Source: a virus (lineage: Duplodnaviria > Caudoviricetes). Taken from it: 31,040 nucleotides of DNA. This document shows positions 7,926 through 18,757 of the stretch, one piece after another. The notes beneath the pieces were generated by a model. That model made no database searches. It was not told the DNA's origin and saw nothing but the letters and a program-made list of their open reading frames with translations. Both the position numbers and the translations under genes were made by a program. Position 1 is the stretch's first letter, and every line of letters begins with the position of its first letter. The stretch covers positions 1-31,040 of IMG/VR virus record IMGVR_UViG_3300030397_000106. One strand, 5' to 3'.

Positions 7926-10734
7926 GCTTATTCAATACGGCTTCACGGCTGGCGTTATAAGCGATAATTTATGGGGTCAGTCTATACTGCAAAAGTATGG
8001 GTTCGGTCTTGATTACGCGCAAAATTATGTACTGCTTCATACAGGTTCTGCTGTCTCTAGACCTGGCATGATGCATGATGTACTGTTGCCTGGCCAAGGC
8101 GCTAATTCAATCCTATTCCCCTTTGTGTTTGCTCGAGAGAGTGCCAATACATTTGAAGTATATATCACCGCAGGTAAAGCTTATTTCCTTCAGGAAGGTT
8201 TTTATCAGCTTGAGGACTCAAAGGCTATTGTAACGGCAAGCACTACAGCCGGAGAAACCAGTCTTGAAGTCACTGCGCACGGGTATAGCGCTGGGGACTT
8301 GATTGAGTTTTACGGTACCAATGTTCCGGACACGGTTGAGGGCGAAACCTTTAAGGTAAGCTCGGTCACTGATGCGGATAACTTCAAGGTCGAGTCATTG
8401 TATAGCGGCGTGACTGATCTGGATAATTGGGCCGCTTCCGGCAGTATGACTGCACATAAAGTTTATGAGCTTACGCTTCCTTATACTGATGCGGAGATTG
8501 CGAACTTGCGATTGGAACAAGCTCGCGATGTGATTAACATCACCTCACTTGACACAGCGCCCGCGCAAATCAAACGCGAGTCAGACGGCACTTGGTCATT
8601 TACTGTGGTTGAACGAACTGTAGGCGGAACGGCACCAACCGGCCTAGCTGTTGATACTGTTTTCGCTGCCGGTAGTTATGGCGTTGGCTTTATCGTCACC
8701 AGTGTTAATGCGGAAGGCGAAGAAAGTCTGCCGAGTAATTTCCTCCCTGCACTCGCCTTGGCTAACTATGCCTCGGTGCAAGGCGGCGTTTCTATTGAGT
8801 GGGACACTGTTGCGGATGCGGTATCTTACAATGTTTACCGAACTCGAATTGTTACGCAAAACAGTGTGACGTTGGCGCTGCAATTTGGGTATGTTGGAGA
8901 AGCTTATGCTCCGCGATTTGCTGACACTAACATAACACCTGATTTTACCAAAACATTCCCTCAAGCGTTTGATCCGTTTGCCGAAGCTGCTGTTGAGTCT
9001 GTTACAGTTACAGCTGGTGGTACCGGCTATGACCGTACTGATACACTTGTTGTTACAGATGCAGATGGGTCTGGTGCAAAGCTCATGCCAATCGTAGATG
9101 GCGGTGTGATTATTGGAGTTATCATTCTCGATCCAGGTCGGGATTATACATCACCTTCAATAACTGTGCAGGACAGTGCAGGCGGCGCGAGTGCGGGAAG
9201 TGGTGCAACATTTACCATCGACCTTACAGGGACTGGCGCAGAGTATCCATTGCTCTCTGCCTACCATAAGCAACGGCAATTGTATGCAGCTACAGCACGC
9301 TACCCGCTTCGCTTTTGGGGATCGCAAGCTACTCTGTTTTTCAATTTCACAACCTCTCGTGTTGTCAGCGCGAATGAATCCTATGAGTATGATTTGGATA
9401 CAAAAATCCTCGGATACATTCGGCACATTGTTTCGACTAAGGCGGGACTACTTGTATTTACTGACGTAGGTCTTTGGCTAGTCCGCGGATCGAATGGCGC
9501 TATTTCACCTATTGATGTTGATGCGACACCTGAAACTCGAGTTGGTTGTTCCGACCTTCCGCCGCTTGAAATTGATAGTGATATTCTGTACGCTGAGCCT
9601 AACAATCGTCGAGTCAGATTGCTTTCGTATAACAACTTCTCACGGCAATTTGGCGGAACGGATATATCAACTTTGTCTCTTGATCTTTTGAAGCGTGAAA
9701 TTATCTCATGGTGTTATACACCTCGACCATATTACGCAATGTGGGGCGCAGTTAAGAATGGTACGATGTTAAGTCTGGCTGTTTCTGTGGAGCAAGAGTC
9801 TTTCCCTTGGGCGCCGCATAAAACAGACGGTAAGGTTAAAAGTGTAATCTCTGTGCCTGAAGATGCACGTGAAGTTAACTATATGGTGGTCGATAGGCTC
9901 GATAAGAACAATAACATTTATAGAAGCCTTGAGCATTTCGCGGATCGTGAAGCTTCTACCAATTACGATCATGCCGGTGTAGATGAAGGCTGGGCGTTTG
10001 GCTTTAATAAGCCTGCGGCTAATATAACTGTTTTTGATTATGATGTTGAAGATGGGGTTAGAGTTGTTGCGGATGCGGCAGTCTTTACAGCTGGTGATGT
10101 AGGTTCGCGAGTTAGAATTGGTAAAACATTTGCGGTTGTGCTAACATTTACGTCTACGACTGAAGTTGTTTGTAAGCTTTTAGAAGCTTGGCAGGACGAA
10201 ACTGAACTTCCGTATTATGAGTACGAGCAGGGCAATTGGACACTTGATGCGCTAAAGACCTCCGTTACGCTGCCGATGAATTTGCGCAATGCAACTACAG
10301 TTACGGTTTTCGGCGATGGTGATGTTGTGGAACTCACACCAAATTCAGCAGGAGTTGTTACATTCCCTATTCAATTCAGTGCGGGGTATATCGGACGGAA
10401 GTTTACAGCTTACGCAAAAGGACTTCCGCTTACTGCGGATGGAGTTATAATCGAAGCGTCTCGCGCGAAAATTCAGCGGGTCGGACTACGCATTGTTATG
10501 TCCAAGGGTATCTATGTAGGTAGTGATGCAGATGATGTGGAACTGCTCGATGTTGATGATAACCCTGTAACAGAGAATGGAAAAGTTCTCACGACCAAGT
10601 TCTCTGACACATGGGTTCCGAGTGACTATGTTGAGGACTCTGCTTTCTATTGGGAGGCGAATGGTGCGTATCCAACTGAAGTGTGTTCTGTAGTAATGGA
10701 GGTAATCATCGGTGATGAACTTGATGGCGATTGA
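7915..10734 (+). CDS. Tail tubular protein B / nozzle (T7 gp12-like) with inserted domains
   Basis: 939 aa; N-terminal QYGFTAGVIS...GSAVSRPG; YP....YHKQRQLYA...FWGS; WAPHKTDG. Confidence 0.85.
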   Translation: MSARLIQYGFTAGVISDNLWGQSILQKYGFGLDYAQNYVLLHTGSAVSRPGMMHDVLLPGQGANSILFPFVFARESANTFEVYITAGKAYFLQEGFYQLEDSKAIVTASTTAGETSLEVTAHGYSAGDLIEFYGTNVPDTVEGETFKVSSVTDADNFKVESLYSGVTDLDNWAASGSMTAHKVYELTLPYTDAEIANLRLEQARDVINITSLDTAPAQIKRESDGTWSFTVVERTVGGTAPTGLAVDTVFAAGSYGVGFIVTSVNAEGEESLPSNFLPALALANYASVQGGVSIEWDTVADAVSYNVYRTRIVTQNSVTLALQFGYVGEAYAPRFADTNITPDFTKTFPQAFDPFAEAAVESVTVTAGGTGYDRTDTLVVTDADGSGAKLMPIVDGGVIIGVIILDPGRDYTSPSITVQDSAGGASAGSGATFTIDLTGTGAEYPLLSAYHKQRQLYAATARYPLRFWGSQATLFFNFTTSRVVSANESYEYDLDTKILGYIRHIVSTKAGLLVFTDVGLWLVRGSNGAISPIDVDATPETRVGCSDLPPLEIDSDILYAEPNNRRVRLLSYNNFSRQFGGTDISTLSLDLLKREIISWCYTPRPYYAMWGAVKNGTMLSLAVSVEQESFPWAPHKTDGKVKSVISVPEDAREVNYMVVDRLDKNNNIYRSLEHFADREASTNYDHAGVDEGWAFGFNKPAANITVFDYDVEDGVRVVADAAVFTAGDVGSRVRIGKTFAVVLTFTSTTEVVCKLLEAWQDETELPYYEYEQGNWTLDALKTSVTLPMNLRNATTVTVFGDGDVVELTPNSAGVVTFPIQFSAGYIGRKFTAYAKGLPLTADGVIIEASRAKIQRVGLRIVMSKGIYVGSDADDVELLDVDDNPVTENGKVLTTKFSDTWVPSDYVEDSAFYWEANGAYPTEVCSVVMEVIIGDELDGD

Positions 10735-11074
10735 TATTCTTTCTGCGCAAAAACTTGCAGATAAGAATAATAAACTGTTTGAAACAAACTTCCTGACAGA
10801 AGTTAAGACGTTGGAATATGGTGGAGTTATTGTCGGGCTTGCTGGTTTGTACAAAATGACATTCAGTGGACGTCCTTATCTCGGCCTTATTCCGTTTGAC
10901 GGTTTCACTGCGCGAGTGGCTGTTGCTGCAAAAACTCGTGTAGAAGAATTTATGCAAGACAACTCACAAATTATTTTACTCGTTGAAGATAATAAAGTTA
11001 ATCAAAGGTTTGCAAAGTGGTTAGGCTTTGTACCTTCAACGACTCAACCTGAGGTATTCACATGGCCGGAATAG
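10712..11074 (+). CDS. GNAT-fold protein (T7 gp13-like)
   Basis: IVGLAGL and C-terminal NKVNQRFAKWLGF; position between nozzle and ejection proteins; start uncertain (10712, 10715 or 10724). Confidence 0.6.
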   Translation: MMNLMAIDILSAQKLADKNNKLFETNFLTEVKTLEYGGVIVGLAGLYKMTFSGRPYLGLIPFDGFTARVAVAAKTRVEEFMQDNSQIILLVEDNKVNQRFAKWLGFVPSTTQPEVFTWPE

Positions 11075-11574
11075 GCGTTGCTACATTATTCAAAGCTGCT
11101 GGTGCTGCGCTGTCTGGCGTGACATCGCTTATAGCTGTACAACAGAATGCGCAGATCGCGAAATTTAATCAAGAGGTCGCAAACGATAATGCAAACAAGT
11201 CAATTGAAAATGCGCAGATTGCACAAATGGAGCAAGACAATGCTGCTCGTGCTATGATCGGTGATCAGCTTAATGCAATTACAAGTTCCGGCGTTTCTGC
11301 TACGTCAGGTTCGGCGCGGAAAAATCGTATCGCAGCTAAAGAAGCTGCACGACTTGACGCACTGCGTATCCGTCAGTCCGGTGAACTTGAGGCCACTAAC
11401 TTTAAAAACCAAGCTACATCTATCGGGCTACAGAGCAAGGCAAACACAATCTCTGGCGTGAGTTCTGCGCTTGGTAGTTTCTTGCAAGCTGGTACATTTG
11501 TCGGCGGCGCGAAGAAAGCGCAGAGACAAAACTTCTTCCCTACTCCAACTCCTAGACCACAGGTACTTGTTTAA
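11062..11574 (+). CDS. Internal virion / ejection protein (gp14-like)
   Basis: 170 aa, Ala/Gly/Gln/Asn-rich with hydrophobic ends; SSGVSATSGS motif. Confidence 0.7.
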   Translation: MAGIGVATLFKAAGAALSGVTSLIAVQQNAQIAKFNQEVANDNANKSIENAQIAQMEQDNAARAMIGDQLNAITSSGVSATSGSARKNRIAAKEAARLDALRIRQSGELEATNFKNQATSIGLQSKANTISGVSSALGSFLQAGTFVGGAKKAQRQNFFPTPTPRPQVLV

Positions 11575-14168
11575 TGCCAATCATTGCCCCACCAAAAGGA
11601 TTAGGAACTGTTCAACCTTCGAACATTAAGCAACGAGGGCTTGATGTACAATTCTCTGCGGATAGCTTTGGCGCAGGGCTTGGCCGAGCGTTGACCTCAT
11701 TTGGCGGCGCGCTGGAAGTTATTCAAGAGCGGAAAAAAGCTACAGGTCGCTTTGATCAAATGTCGGCTTATAGTGAGTTTGAAACTGATGTGAAAATGTC
11801 AGTGGAAGAACTGAAGCGCGATACGACTTTGGATGAAGCGCAGTTTTTTGAACAAGCTGACTCACTGTATGAGGAAAAGCGTGCCTCGTATTTGAACCGC
11901 GTTCCGACTGAATACCAACAAGAGTTCGAAGCGCGGACAAGTCAGTTCAAACAATCAGTTGTACTTGATGCATTTGAGTTTGGAAACAAACAACGCGATC
12001 TATTCTATACAACTAAGATTAATGAACAGTTGGAAAAGAATAAGATTGATCTGGACGCTAATCCTGAAAGATTGGAAGAAGTTCGGGCGGCACTGCACCA
12101 ACAAATTGTGGCGACTGATCTGCCGGACATTGAGCAAGAAGCTGAGATCGCTAAAGCTGATGTTGCTCTTGGGGCCGTTGCTTATAAGAACAAAATTAAA
12201 ACTGCAAAAGCTACGTCACTTGCGCGACCTGCAGGCGGGATGCAAGCTACTAATCTTCCTCCTATTGCGGGTGGGATTTTGAATGCGATTGCAGTGCCTG
12301 AGTCTGGTGGCCGCTATGATATTCGTTATGGCGGAGCTGCCGGTGCGCAAAAAGTTAATTCATTTGCGGATCATCCTAGAATTGGCGCGGTGATTGCTTC
12401 CGGGCCTCACGCAGGGCAAAAGAGTACAGCATCAGGTAAATATCAATTTATCGACTCTACATGGGATGCGGCGGCAAGAGGTGCAGGTGTTACGGACTTT
12501 AGTCCTGCTTCACAAGACCGCGCTGGATGGTATTGGGCACAAAAAACTATTCAAGAAATTACAGGGAAAACTGTTAATGAGCTTGTAAGTTCTGGAGACT
12601 TTAAGGCAATTAAACGCGCACTAGGAACACAGTGGGAAGGCGTTAAGAAAATGTCTTTCGATCAGTTCATGGAAGCGTTTACTGATGGTGGACAAAGTCT
12701 TGCTGATTATTCTGATATTAACTCAGACAGCGCATTCTCAAACCTTACGCTCGAGTCTCGTGACGCATTGACAGCTGATGCGGAACGTGAAGCTACACTT
12801 AACTTCAACTCACTTCTCAAGCAACAGGAAGTCGCAGACAATCAGAGAATTAACGAAGTTATGGTTGGCATTCTCGACGGCAGCCATGGTCGCGTCGATG
12901 TGGACAATCTCCGTAAGGAAGGTATTCTCACCGACTTTGCTGACATTAACCGCGCTTACTCTCTAATCGATGCGCAAGTTGATGATCTGACAAACTATCA
13001 ACTCGGCAATGATCGTTATGAGAATGGCGGCATTTGGGATGCGAAAAACTCAGATCATAAGAAACAAGCTAATGCGATGTTCGGGGAAGATGGTGTTACA
13101 GCTGTTAATGCGCGAGACGAAGACTATATAACTGACGTCGCCATTCCACGGTTTGCGAAGATGAGTATGCTTCCGCCGGACATGACTGGACTGCTTTACG
13201 CAGGAACGCAGGGCGGTAATGTGGATCAAGCTGCTTATGGATATAACTCTTTGGCGCGACTCCGCGAAGCTAATCCTGTGGCCTTTGAGAACCAAGTCAG
13301 TGAACAAATTGTTAAAGAGCTTGATGCGTGGGAAACCGGCCAAAACAAGACGCTGACTGAGGAAAACTTGAACCGCGTTCAGAATAGGGCTGAGACTCAA
13401 GCTGAACGCCAAGAAGCTAAGATTTTTGAAACCGAAGCGCGGGAACTTCTCAAAGACTTCGATGTAGTTGAGGAAGTACTGGACTCCGTCAATGGAGGGC
13501 TTTTGGGCTTTGGCAGTTTTGGTCTTACGGAAGAATCCCTCATTCCCGGCCAACGAGTTGGATTGATGAATGACTACAGCCAAATCTTCACGGAAGAATA
13601 CAAACGCTATCGAGATGTGGATAAGGCTAAAGCTGCTACACTCAAGTCAGTTAATAAAATCTGGGGCGTGACTGATATTGGCGGCAAACCACAATTCATG
13701 CGTACGCCTCCCGAAAAAGCAGGATATAAACCTGTTAAAGGTAACTACGACTGGATCAAAAAGCAAGTCTTTAAGCGGATCGGTATGCCTGCGCCTCAAT
13801 GGGTGGAGTTCATTTCAGACAAGCAAACACAGCAAGAAGCCAATGCATATAAGACTGGTGTGGAGGGCGCAATTCCTCCAACCTACCGTATCACCTACAT
13901 GGGCGCGAACGGAATTATACGCTCATTAACTAACGCAAGCGGCGATGTAATTCGAATGAATTTCGAGTTTGATGATAAGCTTTCTGCAGCCGATGAAGAA
14001 GAATTTATTAAGCTTCGCGATCAGGCCGCAGCTGAAGATGAAGCTAAGAGGCAACAATTACAAGGCTTGCGTACGGCACCGATTTTTGATACAATGGACG
14101 TAGACCCTACAAGACGCAGAGACGCCATACAAGGGCGCGGAGGAAACATTGAGGTATTTAAACCGTAA
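11574..14168 (+). CDS. Internal virion protein (gp15-like) with embedded lambda-R-type lysozyme/transglycosylase domain
   Basis: 864 aa helical protein; domain at about 12270-12680 with AIAVPES (catalytic Glu), FADHP, STASGKYQF...TW and DFSPASQD. Confidence 0.8.
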   Translation: MPIIAPPKGLGTVQPSNIKQRGLDVQFSADSFGAGLGRALTSFGGALEVIQERKKATGRFDQMSAYSEFETDVKMSVEELKRDTTLDEAQFFEQADSLYEEKRASYLNRVPTEYQQEFEARTSQFKQSVVLDAFEFGNKQRDLFYTTKINEQLEKNKIDLDANPERLEEVRAALHQQIVATDLPDIEQEAEIAKADVALGAVAYKNKIKTAKATSLARPAGGMQATNLPPIAGGILNAIAVPESGGRYDIRYGGAAGAQKVNSFADHPRIGAVIASGPHAGQKSTASGKYQFIDSTWDAAARGAGVTDFSPASQDRAGWYWAQKTIQEITGKTVNELVSSGDFKAIKRALGTQWEGVKKMSFDQFMEAFTDGGQSLADYSDINSDSAFSNLTLESRDALTADAEREATLNFNSLLKQQEVADNQRINEVMVGILDGSHGRVDVDNLRKEGILTDFADINRAYSLIDAQVDDLTNYQLGNDRYENGGIWDAKNSDHKKQANAMFGEDGVTAVNARDEDYITDVAIPRFAKMSMLPPDMTGLLYAGTQGGNVDQAAYGYNSLARLREANPVAFENQVSEQIVKELDAWETGQNKTLTEENLNRVQNRAETQAERQEAKIFETEARELLKDFDVVEEVLDSVNGGLLGFGSFGLTEESLIPGQRVGLMNDYSQIFTEEYKRYRDVDKAKAATLKSVNKIWGVTDIGGKPQFMRTPPEKAGYKPVKGNYDWIKKQVFKRIGMPAPQWVEFISDKQTQQEANAYKTGVEGAIPPTYRITYMGANGIIRSLTNASGDVIRMNFEFDDKLSAADEEEFIKLRDQAAAEDEAKRQQLQGLRTAPIFDTMDVDPTRRRDAIQGRGGNIEVFKP

Positions 14169-17100
14169 TGGCTGAATTTATTCATAACGCCCCTACTAGT
14201 AAAGCACAGGTACCCAGCTTTTCTCCGGAACCTATGTCTAGTGCTGAGCCTGATTTTTACACAAGCTTCTCGGCTGGTTTTCAGTTGGAGTCTGATGTTA
14301 AAGCAGCTTATGAAATTCTAACTGCGCCGACATTCGAACGTGATGCTGAATTTGATGTGTTGAGTGTAACAAAAGCTAGTTCGTTTTGGGACTCGCCATA
14401 TAGGAATAATTTCGCAGAAGCTGGGTCGCAGGCTGAATGGGATTATCTCGCTAATAAGATTGCTAAGGAAAACAGGCTTCGGCAAGCTTCTACCTCCGGT
14501 GGTTGGGGTGGTTTCTTCGGTGCAATGGCTGGTGGAGTCGCTTCCCCAACTATGTTAATTCCCGCGCTTGGACCTTACCGAGGAATTAAGGCTGTCGGCG
14601 CTGCTGCAGCATTGGGCGTAGGTGCCGCAGGTATTGCTGAAATTCCATTGCAACTCAATCAAGAGACTCGTACGATTGATGAGTCCCTCACTGCGATGAT
14701 TGCTGGAGGTGTGATTGGCGGTGTGATCGGTACAGGCGCGAACGTACTTAAAGGTTGGCAAGAGCGTAGGCTTATTCGTGAATTTGAAACTACCTTCCCA
14801 GAATACACTAAGACGCAGCCAGAGGAAGGTATGGCTTCATCAATTAATAATGGGTATGGCACACGCGAAATCGTGACCGAGCCGCTAGTGGAAGGTGACT
14901 GGCAAACAGCCATCCGCACAGACACTGCCCTATTCGCACCTCCGCAAATTCGTGAGACGTATGGCGACAATGTTTTCTCTACATTAGCGGCTCGTTCTGA
15001 TCTTGAGGGTTTCATAGACACACTTGATCCTTCAATCCGTCAGTCGCGCCAAGCACTTGCGGATGAGCTTGGCGCATTGAAAGCCGTTAAATTTGGAGCC
15101 GTTTCAGATGAAGTTGCCGCGCAGATTGGAAATGTTGAAAGCCGATTGGCACGCGCGTCAGGTAAGAAAGCCGAGAAACTTCAAGCTGAACTTGATGAAC
15201 TTCAAGCTACAAAGATCGTTGATACCAATCCGTCACAACAGGTTAAAGCGCTTGAGAAAGAACTAGCGCGAGTTGATGAAAAGCTTCTTAAACGCTTTGA
15301 TGAGTATGCACAAGAATGGCGGACCACTCCAGAAGTTAAAGCGATGCTCGAGGAAGAGGGTATTGATGGGCGGAAGCTGATCAGATCAATCCGAGATGAT
15401 ATTGCTAATGACCCTGAACAAGGGCTGAGACGAAAACTGTATGAAGGGGAGTCAACTGTACGTGTCGTGCAAGAAGGGCCGAATGTTGTGCCGCCTTCTA
15501 CTATTCCTAGTTCGGGCGGTGCAGGTGCTGGTGCGCAATTTGCCGGTGATGCAGATGCAGGTGGATTGAAGAATATTCGCGCGATTAGATTTACAGGTGC
15601 ACAACTTCTATCGCCCATCGTGCAAACGGTTTCACAGGGTACGCACAATGCAGCTCGTCGCGCTATGATGAAACTTGGCGTGGCAGGACTTCGCTTTGAG
15701 AATAATGTGAGGGGCATTGCCGCTAATCCAGGTGGTACCGTTGAAGCACTCGTTAAGTTGCACAATGCTAAGGTTTATAAAGCTACAATCGCGCTTGATG
15801 AGTTACATGCCGAATATCTGTATAACGCCAAGCAGGGTAAAACCGGAGTACTTAAAGCTCGCTTGGCTTCAACATTCCGGCAAACTGGAGACAAGCTGGA
15901 TCGTCCCGCGTTTAATAAAGAAGTATCACGAGCTTTGATTGAGAATGATACACACCCTATTAAAGAGGTGCAAGCAGCTGCGCAAATTCTTCGGGCTGAA
16001 GTTTTCGATCCCATGTTGCGCGAAGCCAAAGCGGTAGGGTTGTTCGATGAACTAGACTTTGACGAAGAGTCATACTTCACTCGTATATACGACACGGAAG
16101 CTATCGCCCGCCATCCGACAGAATTTATCAATAAACTTGCGGATCATTACGAAGCTCGTTTGCTTGACGAAGTGGCGAAAAGCAATGACCGTTACGCTTC
16201 CGCGAAAAAACTCCGCGATGATCTTCTCGATGATTTGAGTCTCGATGAAGAAGCTGCGCGAGCGCGCCGCGAACAATTCAAAGCTGATCTTGAAAACTTA
16301 GGGGAGACTTCTGATGAACTTGAACTCAAAGCCCTCGGACGTGAAGCAAGAGAACTACGGAAGGCGAAGAAAGAAGGTAACGGAGGAAGTAACCTCGAAG
16401 CAAGATTGGAAGAAATCAAAGAGGAAAGTAAGGCGCTCCGTGAAGCAACTGCTGACCAGCGTACAGCCAAACGAGATATTAAGCGGAGATTGCGAGACCT
16501 CGATCGTACCTATTGGGCTTTTGAGGAAAAGCGCCAGAAGCAACTCGAGCTTTTGGATAGGGTTGGGGATCAGGCTCTAAACAGTTTTCGAAGAGTTCTT
16601 GCAAGAGGTAAGAAGCTTGGGAAAGAGCTTAATACAATTGGCGAACGTCGGCTGCGTAAAGAACTTAAACTTATGGGCGAGCAGGATCAGATGTTGATTG
16701 ATCGACTGGCCCGAGCAGAGAAAAGGCTAGATCGTGCTAAAACAGATGAAACTGCAGAGCGCGCCAAAGCTACGCTTGTACGTACGAGGGAAAAGCTTGA
16801 GAAACTTGAAGCCCAACGTCTTGAACTGTCAGACACACTTGACAATCGCGCAACCGTGGCCGCATGGCTGGAGCGTCACGCACTGGACAGCACGGAAAGT
16901 GTGAACAAACTTACGCTGTCTCGCGGCGAACGCATCGGTAAGATTAAGAAGAAGATTGAGGACCTCGATCCGAAGCGCGTAGGTGAAGTTATCCAATCGA
17001 GGGTTGAAGCAACCAAAACGAAGTTTGCGCGGGTCGAAGATTACCTTGATGGGCGTATGCGGGAACTCGGGATTGAGGACTGGAATCATGCAGGTGGTTC

Positions 17101-18757
17101 AGAACTTATTCGAGATGTTGCGGCAGAACGCGCCGAACAAACGCACAATAAGATTATGAAATATAATCACAAGGTTGGTGGCATTGATCTGGCTACGGAA
17201 GAGCGAGGTTCAGAACTTGCTCGAGTCCTTTCTATTCCGTCGAGTGAAATATTCGACTTTCTCGTGACTGACGCGGAAAGAGTTGTACGGGATTACGTTC
17301 GACAAGTTGGGGCCGATGTAGAGCTGAAGCGCGCGTTTGGCGATGTCGATTTGAAAGGTGTTCGTGATGAAATGAATGCTGAGCATGTGGCGATCAAGCT
17401 GAAAGCTGAAGAAGATGGAGCTACTGAAGCGCAGTTGAAGTCTCTCGATAAACGCCACAGCCAGAACATGCGGAACATTATGACAGCTGTTGCGCGGCTT
17501 CGTCATACTTATGGCATTCCAGATAATACTGATGGATTTGTAGCTCGTGGTGGAAAGGCCTTGCTTGATCTTAATAACATGCGGTTCATGGGTTCAGTTG
17601 CAGTATCTTCTATCTCGGACCCGAAACAGATTGTGTTGAAGAACGGACTAGCTCGGACAATGCGAACAGCTATGGTTCCGTTTATTAACGGCATGAAGGG
17701 GATGAAGCTGAGTGCCGAGGAAGCGCGATTGATGGGCGTAGGTCTTGATCCTGTTCTTCACTCTCGCGCAACCGCATTTGCAGATACACTTGATCAGTAT
17801 GTGGGTAATACAGTTGTCGAACGTGGTATTCACACTGCCTCATCTAAGTTTGGTAATCTGGCTTTGTTCAATTACTGGACGCGCGCCATGAAAGATTTCA
17901 ACCATGTAGTTTCTTCCGCGAAAATGTCAGATGATTTGACAAAGGTTATCGAGGGCAAAGGTACCGCAAAACAAATTGATCGGGCGCGAGAAGACCTTGC
18001 GTATTTACAGATTGATAGCGGGCTTGCGCTTCGTATCCACGAGCAACTGAAAGAAACCGGAACTATAATCGACGGTGTGCATATTGCGAATATTGAGGAT
18101 TGGACTGATGAAGGAGCAGCACAAGCATATAAGGCAGCTTTCCAGCAACTATCAACTGACACAATTATTGAACCTGGATTGGAGCTTCCCAACTTTACCA
18201 ATGCTAGTGTTGCATCGCGTCTGATCTGGCAGTTTAAGTCATTTGGCCTAGCTTCACACAGTAAGACGCTTGCTGCTAGTTTGCAAACGCCCGATGCGGC
18301 GATCGCCAATTCAATCATCTCAGGTGTCGGACTTGGTATGGTGGGCTATTTCCTTCATTCAACTCTTGTCGGCGGCGAAGCTAAGAAACGTATGGAGGAT
18401 GCTTCTATTGAGAAATGGCTCGACGAAGGTATCAGCCGCTCCGGCATTCTCGGCGCTTTCGACATGGCGCAAAGAGTAGCTGAACGTATTCCCGCGACAA
18501 GTGAGTATGCTAGTTTCTCCGGCGAACGAACTACACGTCGTGCAGGTACAGATGTGCTCGGCGAAATACTCGGTCCGAGTTATGACTTTGCAAGTAGGGC
18601 GCTTAACGTGCTGACAGCAATTGATGATCCAACACAATCAACTGTGAGGCAAGCTAGAGCCTTGCTTCCGTATCAAAATATATTCTATCTTCGAGGATTG
18701 TTCACACTTCTTGAAGATCAGATAAAGGAACAACTTCCAGAAAAGAGAGCTAATTAA
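14168..18757 (+). CDS. Large internal virion / DNA ejection protein (gp16-like)
   Basis: 1529 aa; N-proximal Gly/Ala hydrophobic segments, long charged coiled-coil, C-terminal WQFKSF and LLPYQN motifs. Confidence 0.78.
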   Translation: MAEFIHNAPTSKAQVPSFSPEPMSSAEPDFYTSFSAGFQLESDVKAAYEILTAPTFERDAEFDVLSVTKASSFWDSPYRNNFAEAGSQAEWDYLANKIAKENRLRQASTSGGWGGFFGAMAGGVASPTMLIPALGPYRGIKAVGAAAALGVGAAGIAEIPLQLNQETRTIDESLTAMIAGGVIGGVIGTGANVLKGWQERRLIREFETTFPEYTKTQPEEGMASSINNGYGTREIVTEPLVEGDWQTAIRTDTALFAPPQIRETYGDNVFSTLAARSDLEGFIDTLDPSIRQSRQALADELGALKAVKFGAVSDEVAAQIGNVESRLARASGKKAEKLQAELDELQATKIVDTNPSQQVKALEKELARVDEKLLKRFDEYAQEWRTTPEVKAMLEEEGIDGRKLIRSIRDDIANDPEQGLRRKLYEGESTVRVVQEGPNVVPPSTIPSSGGAGAGAQFAGDADAGGLKNIRAIRFTGAQLLSPIVQTVSQGTHNAARRAMMKLGVAGLRFENNVRGIAANPGGTVEALVKLHNAKVYKATIALDELHAEYLYNAKQGKTGVLKARLASTFRQTGDKLDRPAFNKEVSRALIENDTHPIKEVQAAAQILRAEVFDPMLREAKAVGLFDELDFDEESYFTRIYDTEAIARHPTEFINKLADHYEARLLDEVAKSNDRYASAKKLRDDLLDDLSLDEEAARARREQFKADLENLGETSDELELKALGREARELRKAKKEGNGGSNLEARLEEIKEESKALREATADQRTAKRDIKRRLRDLDRTYWAFEEKRQKQLELLDRVGDQALNSFRRVLARGKKLGKELNTIGERRLRKELKLMGEQDQMLIDRLARAEKRLDRAKTDETAERAKATLVRTREKLEKLEAQRLELSDTLDNRATVAAWLERHALDSTESVNKLTLSRGERIGKIKKKIEDLDPKRVGEVIQSRVEATKTKFARVEDYLDGRMRELGIEDWNHAGGSELIRDVAAERAEQTHNKIMKYNHKVGGIDLATEERGSELARVLSIPSSEIFDFLVTDAERVVRDYVRQVGADVELKRAFGDVDLKGVRDEMNAEHVAIKLKAEEDGATEAQLKSLDKRHSQNMRNIMTAVARLRHTYGIPDNTDGFVARGGKALLDLNNMRFMGSVAVSSISDPKQIVLKNGLARTMRTAMVPFINGMKGMKLSAEEARLMGVGLDPVLHSRATAFADTLDQYVGNTVVERGIHTASSKFGNLALFNYWTRAMKDFNHVVSSAKMSDDLTKVIEGKGTAKQIDRAREDLAYLQIDSGLALRIHEQLKETGTIIDGVHIANIEDWTDEGAAQAYKAAFQQLSTDTIIEPGLELPNFTNASVASRLIWQFKSFGLASHSKTLAASLQTPDAAIANSIISGVGLGMVGYFLHSTLVGGEAKKRMEDASIEKWLDEGISRSGILGAFDMAQRVAERIPATSEYASFSGERTTRRAGTDVLGEILGPSYDFASRALNVLTAIDDPTQSTVRQARALLPYQNIFYLRGLFTLLEDQIKEQLPEKRAN

